A stretch of DNA of 64,000 bases, taken from an uncultured Alphaproteobacteria bacterium (GTDB lineage: Bacteria; Pseudomonadota; Alphaproteobacteria; HIMB59; GCA-002718135). The stretch lies in assembly GCA_902593125.1 (NCBI GenBank), contig CACJGU010000003.1, positions 46,905-110,904 of the forward strand, in the 5' to 3' direction. The notes under the pieces were generated by a model. It saw only the letters and a list, made by a program, of their open reading frames with translations, was not told the origin of the DNA and did not search any database. Both the position numbers and the translations under genes were made by a program. Positions 35,958 through 44,023 of the stretch are shown here, piece by piece (position 1 is the first letter of the stretch; each line of letters opens with the position of its first letter).

Positions 35958-36986
35958 TTGAATTATTTCTGTAATATGAATAGTATGAATAATCAAACTT
36001 CCATTAATAATGTTTCTGGTGAATGGTTTAAACCAGAAATTGACAAAAAAACACTTAAAAACCTCTCAAAAAGAAGTGATTTTGAGGGTTGGAAACATAT
36101 TATTATATTTTTTTCTGCCTTATCAAGTTTGGGACTTCTATCAGTTTATTTTTGGAATACGTGGTTCTTTGTTTTATTTTATCTTGCATACTGTACAGTT
36201 TGGGGAGGAGCAGATGCTATCTGGCATGAATGTGGTCATCGTACTGCATTTAAGACAAGAAGAATAAATGATTTTTTTTACAACATAGCTAGTTTTATGA
36301 ATAACTTTGAGCCCGTGAGATGGAGATGGAGTCACTCATTGCATCACAGTTATACAGCATCTCTTGATCCTCACGATTATGAAGTAGATGGAAGCATTTT
36401 TGCGAAACACACTCTTTTGAGTTTTTTAATTGGTTTCTTACCAGGTATTAATCTCCTTACTCTGCACAAATCCCTTCACTTAGAAATAATTAAACATGCC
36501 CTTGGTATTAATACTAAAGTTATGGTCGATTGTATTCCTGAAGATCAAAGATCTAAGTGTATTACTAGTTCAAGAATATTTGTATTTTTATGGATAGCGA
36601 TATTGCTATCTGGCATTTTAACCAATTCTATTTTACCTATACTATTATTTTTACTTCCAACTTTTTTTAGAAGTCTTAATATGATTTGGGGACTAACTCA
36701 GCACATGGGTTTAAAAGAAGATACAAAAGATCACAGAGAGTCAACTAGATCTGTTAGATTGAATCCTATATTTAGTTTTATATATTGGAAAATGGAATAC
36801 CATATTGAGCATCATATGTTTCCAATGGTCCCTTCATATAACCTACCGAAACTTTATGAAGTAATTAAAGATCAACTCCCAAAACCTCAAACACTGTTTG
36901 AAGCTTATAAAGAGATTATACCTGCTGTAATTAAAAAATCAAAAAATCCTGAATATTATATACCTGTTAAATTATCTAATAGTTAA
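35958..36986 (+). CDS. membrane di-iron fatty-acid-desaturase-family protein (desaturase/hydroxylase, PF00487-type histidine boxes)
   Basis: Three His boxes are present: HECGHR, HSLHHSY and HIEHHMFP. There are several TM segments. The track start is TTG at 35958; an ATG at 35976 is an alternative. Confidence 0.8.
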   Translation: MNYFCNMNSMNNQTSINNVSGEWFKPEIDKKTLKNLSKRSDFEGWKHIIIFFSALSSLGLLSVYFWNTWFFVLFYLAYCTVWGGADAIWHECGHRTAFKTRRINDFFYNIASFMNNFEPVRWRWSHSLHHSYTASLDPHDYEVDGSIFAKHTLLSFLIGFLPGINLLTLHKSLHLEIIKHALGINTKVMVDCIPEDQRSKCITSSRIFVFLWIAILLSGILTNSILPILLFLLPTFFRSLNMIWGLTQHMGLKEDTKDHRESTRSVRLNPIFSFIYWKMEYHIEHHMFPMVPSYNLPKLYEVIKDQLPKPQTLFEAYKEIIPAVIKKSKNPEYYIPVKLSNS

Positions 36987-36996
36987 ACTATTAATA

Positions 36997-37026
36997 TTGA
37001 CATTAAAAAATTATTTAGTTTAAAAT
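36997..37026 (+). promoter_or_regulatory. candidate sigma70-type promoter upstream of the aldehyde dehydrogenase gene
   Basis: TTGACA (36997..37002), an 18-nt spacer, then TAAAAT (37021..37026). In AT-rich DNA such matches can arise by chance. Confidence 0.35.
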
Positions 37027-37057
37027 ACATTAATTACTTTTTTCGGAGGTTGACAAA

Positions 37058-38494
37058 GTGGAACTTAGAAATTTTATTAATGGCCAATTTATAGATTCTA
37101 TTTCAAAAAAAAATATAGATGTGATTAATCCAGCTAATCAAGAACTGGTTGGTAAAATTAATCAAGGATTAGAAGATGAAATTCATTTAGCATACCAAGC
37201 TGCTAGAAAAGCTTTTCAAAAAAGAATTCTTATAGATATGGATCCCAAAAAGAAATCAAAAATAATGCGCGCAATAGCATCAAAACTTAGAGAATACAAA
37301 CATGAGGGTGGTAAGCTTTTAAGTAAAGAAAATGGAAAGACTATAACACAGTGTGAGGGAGAATTTAACGGAGCCGCTGATACTTTTGATTATTATGCTG
37401 GCATGACAGATAAAATTGAAAACAAACTAATTCCTTCAGGAAGTGATACTTTTAATTATGTAGTCTTAGAGCCTTTTGGAGTAACACTACAAATTGTTCC
37501 ATGGAACTATCCAGTTTCAATTTTTGCGAGTATGGTTGCTCAAAATTTAATTGTTGGGAATACAATTATAATAAAACCTCCTGAACTATGTCCAATTTCT
37601 TCAAATCTTTATGGTAGAATATTTCAAGAAGTAGGATTGCCTGATGGTGTTGTAAATATAATTCATGGATATGGTGAAATTACTGGAAGAAAGTTAGTTC
37701 AAAATAAAGAATGTGATTACATCGTATTCACTGGGTCTCCTGAGGTTGCTTCTGAAATACTAAAGGAAACTGCAGATAGAATTATTCCATGTCATTTTGA
37801 GTTAGGAGGAAAATCAGCAGCAATAATTTATCCTGATGCAGATATTGATAAAGCGGTAGACAGCACAATTAAAGGAATTTTTAAACCAAATGCAGGTCAA
37901 ATATGTGTGGCAATGTCGAGAGTAATAATTCATCCTAAAGTGAAAGATGAATATATGACAAAATTAGTATCTAAAACAAAAGAATTAAAAATTGGAGCTG
38001 GAGATAACTCATCTACCGAGGTTACACCTCTTATTTCAAAAGAACAAATTAAGAGAGTGTCAAATTATGTTAAATCAGGTGTTCAGTCTGGTGCAACATT
38101 GACTCTTGGAGGAGAAGAATTAGAAATTGGTAAAGGTAATTATTACCTTCCAACAATTTTTGATAATGTTGATAAAGAATCAACTATAGCGCAGGAAGAA
38201 ATATTTGGTCCTGTTACATCTATTTTTGATTTTGAAGATAATGAACAGGCTATTGAAATAGCAAACTCTACAAATTATGGATTAGCTTCAGGCGTATTTA
38301 CTTCTAATGACCAAAAGGCAAAGTGGACTGCAGAAAGAATAAATGCAGGAATTATCTGGCAAAATGATTGGTTTGTTGATGGAGTTAATCTTCCTGGTGG
38401 AGGTTATAAAAGATCTGGTTATGGGCGTGATGGAGGCATTGATGGAATTTATAGTCATGGCCAAACAAAAAGAATTAGTAAGCGACTAAAATAA
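37058..38494 (+). CDS. NAD(P)+-dependent aldehyde dehydrogenase
   Basis: 478 aa (GTG start) with the catalytic Glu context FELGGKSA, the Cys context AGQICVAMSR, and VPWNYP. Confidence 0.9.
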   Translation: MELRNFINGQFIDSISKKNIDVINPANQELVGKINQGLEDEIHLAYQAARKAFQKRILIDMDPKKKSKIMRAIASKLREYKHEGGKLLSKENGKTITQCEGEFNGAADTFDYYAGMTDKIENKLIPSGSDTFNYVVLEPFGVTLQIVPWNYPVSIFASMVAQNLIVGNTIIIKPPELCPISSNLYGRIFQEVGLPDGVVNIIHGYGEITGRKLVQNKECDYIVFTGSPEVASEILKETADRIIPCHFELGGKSAAIIYPDADIDKAVDSTIKGIFKPNAGQICVAMSRVIIHPKVKDEYMTKLVSKTKELKIGAGDNSSTEVTPLISKEQIKRVSNYVKSGVQSGATLTLGGEELEIGKGNYYLPTIFDNVDKESTIAQEEIFGPVTSIFDFEDNEQAIEIANSTNYGLASGVFTSNDQKAKWTAERINAGIIWQNDWFVDGVNLPGGGYKRSGYGRDGGIDGIYSHGQTKRISKRLK

Positions 38495-38525
38495 CTAATA
38501 TTTTTTGAATTACTCAATGTTTTGC

Positions 38526-38547
38526 TTGACATCCAAAACGTTTCGGA
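38526..38547. promoter_or_regulatory. TTGACA hexamer abutting the LacI-type palindrome (operator 2)
   Basis: TTGACA (38526..38531) is followed directly by TCCAAAACGTTTCGGA (38532..38547), with one asymmetric position. The architecture is the same as operator 1. Confidence 0.65.
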
Positions 38548-38593
38548 TTTTATTTTAATAACAATAAATACAATTAATTTTAGGGAGGATTAA

Positions 38594-39589
38594 ATGAAAT
38601 TAATTAAAATTTTACTAATATCTGTTTTATTTATCCCTTTATCTTTTCAATCTTATGCAGCTCCAACTGGTCAGGATTTGGGAGATAAATGGTGTTCTGA
38701 TGTAAAAATGCATTTTTATGCAGGTGGGCCTGAAGCAGGTGGATTTGCAGGAATTGTAGCTGCAGGTGCAATGAATGCAATTAGAGATACTGGTGCTGAT
38801 GCAGAGATTATCTATTCAGAATGGGATTTTGAAAAAATGGTTCGTCAATTAAGAGAGTCTGTAGGTCTTGGTGTAGATGCTATTGCAATGATGGGTCATC
38901 CTGGTGATGAAGCTCTTATGCCATTAGCAAGAGAGGCCGCTGACAAAGGTATATTGATGACTTATCAAAATGTTGATCCATCAGGAGTTAGAGCAAAATA
39001 TGGTGGCGGATATGTTGGAGCTAATCTTGCTACTCAAGGAAAAGCATTAGCAAGAGAAGCTATAAGACAGTTTGGATTTCAAGCAGGCGATCATGCAATA
39101 GTTATGGTTCCAATTGGAGATTACGCTAGAGCTCAAAGAGAAGATGGTGCAAGAATAATTTTTGAAGAGCACGGTATGACTGTTACAGTTTTAGATGGAG
39201 ATCCAAAATATGCTTCAGATCCAAACATGACTATTCCAATTTTTTCTGCAGCATTAAATGCTAACCCTGAAACAAAAGTTATTGTTCATTCTGGAAGTGA
39301 TATTATGAATGTAGCTGAAGGAATTGCAAAAGCAGCTGGGTATGGACCTAATGAATTATTACAAATTGGTTTCGATACTAGTCCACAAATTATGTCATCC
39401 TTTGAAAAAGGCTATGTTCATCTAACTTCAGATCAACAACCGTTTTTACAAGGTTATTTACCCGTACTTTCTTTATGTCAAACCGCTGTTCTTGGAACAG
39501 GTGCGATAAATCAAGATACTGGTGCAGGATTTGTTGATACTAACAACTATCAAGCTGTAAAAGCACTTGCAGACGCAGGTCTAAGATAA
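38594..39589 (+). CDS. CUT2-type (ribose/fructose-like) periplasmic sugar-binding protein
   Basis: 331 aa with signal peptide MKLIKILLISVLFIPLSFQSYA. The composition is type I PBP-like. A single-domain ATPase gene and a single RbsC-like permease gene follow. Confidence 0.82.
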   Translation: MKLIKILLISVLFIPLSFQSYAAPTGQDLGDKWCSDVKMHFYAGGPEAGGFAGIVAAGAMNAIRDTGADAEIIYSEWDFEKMVRQLRESVGLGVDAIAMMGHPGDEALMPLAREAADKGILMTYQNVDPSGVRAKYGGGYVGANLATQGKALAREAIRQFGFQAGDHAIVMVPIGDYARAQREDGARIIFEEHGMTVTVLDGDPKYASDPNMTIPIFSAALNANPETKVIVHSGSDIMNVAEGIAKAAGYGPNELLQIGFDTSPQIMSSFEKGYVHLTSDQQPFLQGYLPVLSLCQTAVLGTGAINQDTGAGFVDTNNYQAVKALADAGLR

Positions 39590-39600
39590 TATTAACTCGA

Positions 39601-39633
39601 ACTGACTCATTCAATAATGAGTCAGTTTTTTTT
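39601..39633 (+). terminator. hairpin / attenuating terminator after the SBP gene
   Basis: ACTGACTCATT pairs with AATGAGTCAGT around loop CAAT, followed by T8. Confidence 0.8.
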
Positions 39634-39637
39634 ACTT

Positions 39638-40384
39638 ATGGAAAATATCATTGAATTAAATAAAGTTACAAAAAAATTTGGGGGTATAACAGCCTTAAAT
39701 AAAGCATCTCTACATGTAAAAAAAGGTGAAGTTGTAGGACTAATTGGAGATAATGGAGCTGGTAAATCAACTCTAATTAAAACTTTAGTTGGCGTGTATA
39801 GCCCAGATGAGGGTGATATAATAATAAGAGGTAAAGAGGTTAACTCATGGAATGCCCTTAAAGCTAGAGAGGCTGGTATAGAAACAGTTTTTCAAGATAG
39901 AGCTTTAACACCTCAGCAATCTATTGTTAAAAATATTTTTATGGGAAAAGAGTTAAGATATCCTTTTGGTTTTATTAAAGAAAAAAAACAAATAAATGAA
40001 GCTAATAGACTAATTAGAGAAATAGGATTTACTTCAAAACTTATTAATGCTGAATCTGCTGTAGGAAATCTATCAGGGGGAGAAAGGCAAGGTGTTGCCA
40101 TTGCGAGAGCAATTTATAACAATGCAGAATTAATCGTATTGGACGAACCAACAAATAATTTGTCCTTAAATGAAACACAAAAAGTTTTTGATTTTGTATT
40201 GAACGTAAAAAAATCAAATAGATCTGTACTGTTTATAGGTCATAACATTTATCATGTTTACGACATTTCAGACAGATTTGTTATACTAGATAGAGGTGAA
40301 GTAGTTCATGAATTAAATAAAGAGAATGTATCTTCTCCAGAAGAATTAATGAAAATAATGAGACAAACAATAATAAGTCACTGA
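39638..40384 (+). CDS. ABC transporter ATP-binding protein (single ABC domain, FrcA-like)
   Basis: Walker A GDNGAGKST, signature LSGGERQGVAIARA, Walker B LIVLDEPTNNL. The start was moved to MENIIELNKV because the track start at 39617 lies inside the terminator stem. Confidence 0.88.
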   Translation: MENIIELNKVTKKFGGITALNKASLHVKKGEVVGLIGDNGAGKSTLIKTLVGVYSPDEGDIIIRGKEVNSWNALKAREAGIETVFQDRALTPQQSIVKNIFMGKELRYPFGFIKEKKQINEANRLIREIGFTSKLINAESAVGNLSGGERQGVAIARAIYNNAELIVLDEPTNNLSLNETQKVFDFVLNVKKSNRSVLFIGHNIYHVYDISDRFVILDRGEVVHELNKENVSSPEELMKIMRQTIISH

Positions 40385-40391
40385 TAAAAAT

Positions 40392-41366
40392 ATGAATAAT
40401 AACAAATCATTTATAACTAATATGTTTCATAAAAATGGAAGAGCTCTTGGAAGTATTGGGTATTTTACTTTACTTATGGCTATTTTTTTAATTGGAGCTC
40501 CGGAAGCATGGATTAGACCAAATTTACATCAATCTGTTTTTGTAATGATGCCAACATTAATTTTTTTAACTATTCCTCTTGTTTTTCTAGTAGCTTCAGG
40601 AGAAATAGATTTATCTTTTGCATCCACTTATGCAGTTGCTGCTTATGTTTTTGCTTTATTAGTTAAAAATGGTGTAGACCCTGCAATTTGTTTCGTCGCA
40701 GGAGTCTTTACTGGTGCTGCTATTGGGGCATTAGTTGGAACTTTAATAGTTGTTTTTCGTTTATCATCACTTGTTGCCTCTTTGGGCGTTTTGTTTCTAT
40801 TGAGAGGTGTAATTTTACTTTTAACAAAAAGTCGATCAATAACGATAATGGAAGTTGAAAATCACTGGATTTATCCTCTATTAGTAGGAAAATTTTATGG
40901 TTTCCCTATGCAAATTTTTTGGGCAGCGCTATTTGTAATTTTTTGTTACTATTTTTTTAATAAACATGTTTTTGGAATTCATATACAACATGTTGGTGAT
41001 AATTCAGTGAGCGCTGAGCAGATGGGCATTAATGTAAGTGCTGTAAAAATTAAAGCTTTTATGTTTGTTGGTATCGGTGCTGCCTTAGGTGGGATTTTTA
41101 CTACATTGATTACATACACTTTTTTTCCTACGCAAGGTTTTGGCTATTTACTTTTAGCTCTGGCTGCAGTTTTTGTAGGAGGAACCCCTTACTGGGGTGG
41201 ATTAGGAACAATTATTGGTGCTGTTTTTGGAGTTGGAGTTATTGCCTATATGGAAATTGGCATCATAGCAATTGGATGGAGTGGAGAATGGAGGCAGTTT
41301 TTTAATGGCTTAATAATTTTACTTGCTTTATTAGGACATAGGCTGCATGGAGAAAGGGTTAGATAA
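40392..41366 (+). CDS. ABC sugar permease (RbsC/FrcC-like)
   Basis: 324 aa with about 9-10 TM segments. The Gly/Ala-rich helices are typical of CUT2 permeases. Confidence 0.85.
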   Translation: MNNNKSFITNMFHKNGRALGSIGYFTLLMAIFLIGAPEAWIRPNLHQSVFVMMPTLIFLTIPLVFLVASGEIDLSFASTYAVAAYVFALLVKNGVDPAICFVAGVFTGAAIGALVGTLIVVFRLSSLVASLGVLFLLRGVILLLTKSRSITIMEVENHWIYPLLVGKFYGFPMQIFWAALFVIFCYYFFNKHVFGIHIQHVGDNSVSAEQMGINVSAVKIKAFMFVGIGAALGGIFTTLITYTFFPTQGFGYLLLALAAVFVGGTPYWGGLGTIIGAVFGVGVIAYMEIGIIAIGWSGEWRQFFNGLIILLALLGHRLHGERVR

Positions 41367-41368
41367 GA

Positions 41369-42688
41369 ATGGTTAAAATTGTTTTAATTGGTGCGGGAAG
41401 TTCGCAATTTGGATTAGGTACTGTAAGTGATATATTTAAATCTGAAACTTTAAAAAATTGTAATATTACACTTCATGATATTAACGAGAAAGCTCTTGAA
41501 AAAACAAGAGCTACTGCTGAGAAATATAAAAATGATTTTAATGCAAATTGTATTATAGACGCTACAACAAATCGAAGAGATGCTTTAAAAAATGCAGATT
41601 ATTGCCTAATTTCAATTGAAGTAGGAAATAGGTTTGAACTTTGGGATCAAGATTGGAAAATACCACTTCAGTATGGTTTTAAACAAATTTATGGTGAAAA
41701 CGGAGGTCCTGGCGGCCTATTTCATTCATTAAGAATCACGCCTGCAATTTTAGATATATGTGAAGATATTCATGAAATATGCCCTGATGCTTTTGTTTTT
41801 AATTACTCAAATCCAATGCAAAGAATATGTCATGCAGTTACAACAAAATTCCCTGATTTAAAATTTATTGGATTATGTCATGAAATTGCATCGATGGAAC
41901 GCCAATTACCAACTCTAATGGAAACTGAGTTTTCAAATATTGAAATCAAAGCAGGTGGACTTAATCACTTTAGTATTTTGCTAGAAGCAAAATATAAAGA
42001 TACTAAAAAAGATGGCTACCCAATAATTAGAGAGAAATTTGATAAATATTACTCTTCTCTAATTAATGAACATGATGATTATCATAAATCAAAGCCAGGT
42101 GGAGAAAGAGGTGTATTTTTTGAATTATATAAAACATATGGTTACTTACCTATAACAACAGATAGTCATTTAGGCGAATACCTACAGTGGGGTTATAGTG
42201 TAGCTGATCATGATGCAATTTCTCACTTTTATAATCAATACAAAGAACATTGTTTATCTTTTCATAGTGATAAAGTTTCAAAAGAACATTTTTTTGATAC
42301 AAAAGATACAACCGCAAGGGAAAGGATAATTCCTATAATAGAATCAATAATTGAAGATAAGAATATGATTGAAGATGCAGTTAATGTACCTAATAATAAT
42401 TTTATTGATAGCCTTCCAAATGATATTGTTGTTGAAGTTCCTGCAGTTATTAATAAAGATGGGATACATGGGCAGCGATTAGAAAATTATCCTTCTAAAT
42501 TTGGAGCACTATTAAATAATCAAGCAAGTACCATACAGCTAACTACAGATGCTGTGTTAAATAAATCTAAGCATAGTGTGTATTTAGCTTTACTTGCAGA
42601 TCCTATTGTTGATAATGTTGCTTCTGCTGAGAAACTAATAGAAACAATGGTAGAATTTCAAAAAGAATATTTAGGATATTTAAATTAG
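41369..42688 (+). CDS. glycoside hydrolase family 4 (NAD+/Mn2+-dependent glycosidase)
   Basis: 439 aa with N-terminal Rossmann KIVLIGAGSSQFG, NYSNPMQRI, and the GLCHE Cys-His metal motif. The gap to the permease gene is 2 nt. Confidence 0.85.
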   Translation: MVKIVLIGAGSSQFGLGTVSDIFKSETLKNCNITLHDINEKALEKTRATAEKYKNDFNANCIIDATTNRRDALKNADYCLISIEVGNRFELWDQDWKIPLQYGFKQIYGENGGPGGLFHSLRITPAILDICEDIHEICPDAFVFNYSNPMQRICHAVTTKFPDLKFIGLCHEIASMERQLPTLMETEFSNIEIKAGGLNHFSILLEAKYKDTKKDGYPIIREKFDKYYSSLINEHDDYHKSKPGGERGVFFELYKTYGYLPITTDSHLGEYLQWGYSVADHDAISHFYNQYKEHCLSFHSDKVSKEHFFDTKDTTARERIIPIIESIIEDKNMIEDAVNVPNNNFIDSLPNDIVVEVPAVINKDGIHGQRLENYPSKFGALLNNQASTIQLTTDAVLNKSKHSVYLALLADPIVDNVASAEKLIETMVEFQKEYLGYLN

Positions 42689-42761
42689 ATCTTGCTCTAA
42701 ATTTTATAATTATATAATATAAAAATACTTACACTTGTAAGATCGCTCAAAGGAGGATGAA

Positions 42762-43841
42762 GTGGCAGATATAAATATAAACACAGTTAACAAATACTTT
42801 GGGGATGTTCATGTAATAAAAGACATTTCCCTAGATATTAAAAGTCAATCTTTTACAGTTTTAGTAGGACCAAGTGGATGCGGAAAATCAACTATGCTTA
42901 GAATGATAGCGGGTTTAGAAGATATTAACTCTGGAACAATTTCAATTGACGGACAAATTGTTAATGACTTACCACCTAAGCAAAGAAATATTGCAATGGT
43001 GTTCCAATCATATGCATTATATCCACACATGACTGTCTTCGATAATATGGCATTTGGTTTAAAGTTAGAAAAACGATCAAAAGATGAAATTAATGATCGT
43101 GTTAATGAAGCTGCAAGAATTTTGCAAATTGAAGATTATCTCAAAAGAAAACCAAAACAACTATCAGGTGGACAAAGACAAAGAGTAGCAATAGGAAGAG
43201 CTATTACTAGAAAACCAAAAGTTTTCCTATTTGATGAGCCTCTTTCAAATTTAGATGCAGCTTTAAGAGTTCAAATGAGAGTTGAGTTAGCTAAACTTCA
43301 TAATGAATTAGAGGCTACTATGATATATGTAACTCATGATCAAACTGAAGCAATGACTCTTGCTGATGATATTGTAGTTTTGGACACAGGTATAGTGTCT
43401 CAAAAAGGATCTCCGATGGATTTATATAAAAATCCAAATAACATGTTTGTAGGTGGTTTTATTGGTTCTCCAAAAATGAATTTTATAAATACAAAAATTA
43501 CTAGCAAAAGTAATAATTCAACAGAGGTCGACATTCTTGGGAGTTCAAAAATTTCTGTACCTAAATTATCAGCTTCAGCATCTGAAGGTGATAATGTTAC
43601 ATTAGGAATTAGACCAGAAGACCTTCTTGTAAATCAAGAATCTGACGGATCATGGGAGAGCAAGGTATTTGTTGTCGAAAAGTTGGGTTCAGGAACATTT
43701 CTTTATCTTGAAAAGGATGGGGAGCCACTAGTTGTTGAGACTGAAGGTAATTCTAATATTAAAGTGGGTGATTCAGTTAAAGTTGGTTTTCCATCAGATA
43801 GATGTCATCTTTTTGATAGCTCAAATCAAGCATTTAAATAA
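42762..43841 (+). CDS. MalK/UgpC/MsiK-type ABC sugar-transport ATPase with a C-terminal regulatory (TOBE-like) domain
   Basis: 359 aa (GTG start, preceded by AAGGAGGA) with GPSGCGKST, LSGGQRQRVAIGRA and FLFDEPLSNLD. Confidence 0.92.
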   Translation: MADININTVNKYFGDVHVIKDISLDIKSQSFTVLVGPSGCGKSTMLRMIAGLEDINSGTISIDGQIVNDLPPKQRNIAMVFQSYALYPHMTVFDNMAFGLKLEKRSKDEINDRVNEAARILQIEDYLKRKPKQLSGGQRQRVAIGRAITRKPKVFLFDEPLSNLDAALRVQMRVELAKLHNELEATMIYVTHDQTEAMTLADDIVVLDTGIVSQKGSPMDLYKNPNNMFVGGFIGSPKMNFINTKITSKSNNSTEVDILGSSKISVPKLSASASEGDNVTLGIRPEDLLVNQESDGSWESKVFVVEKLGSGTFLYLEKDGEPLVVETEGNSNIKVGDSVKVGFPSDRCHLFDSSNQAFK

Positions 43842-43851
43842 GAAGAATCGT

Positions 43852-43895
43852 AACACTAATTATCTGTAAATTTAGAGGTAATTAGTGTTTTTTTT
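43852..43895 (+). terminator. rho-independent terminator
   Basis: AACACTAATTA pairs with TAATTAGTGTT around a 16-nt loop, followed by T8. Confidence 0.8.
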
Positions 43896-43939
43896 GGAGC
43901 TTTAATTACATTTAATTAAATTAAAATAGAATAGAAAAT

Positions 43940-44004
43940 GGTAGAGAGTTTTTTGATATTATTTCCTCCTATAAGAAGTATTCCTCTTATAAAAATTCTC
44001 TACC
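43940..44004 (-). terminator. long imperfect hairpin downstream of the glpD-like gene
   Basis: Outer stem 43940..43953 pairs with 43991..44004 (14 positions, one of which is G:T). Inner stem 43971..43978 pairs with 43983..43990. On the minus strand the structure is followed by ATTTTCTATTCTATTTT. Confidence 0.45.
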
Positions 44005-44023
44005 TCGTTTTACAATAAAAATT

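Noticed and set aside
39617-39637. The track start MSQFFLL for the ABC ATPase.
   Set aside because: These codons are the descending stem and T-tract of the terminator hairpin at 39601..39633. The start was moved to ATG 39638 (MENIIELNKV).
43937-44017. A 26-codon plus-strand ORF (MVESFLILFPPIRSIPLIKILYLVLQ) coinciding with the long hairpin.
   Set aside because: It is very short, has no Shine-Dalgarno sequence, lies downstream of a strong terminator, and is fully explained by the hairpin's symmetry.
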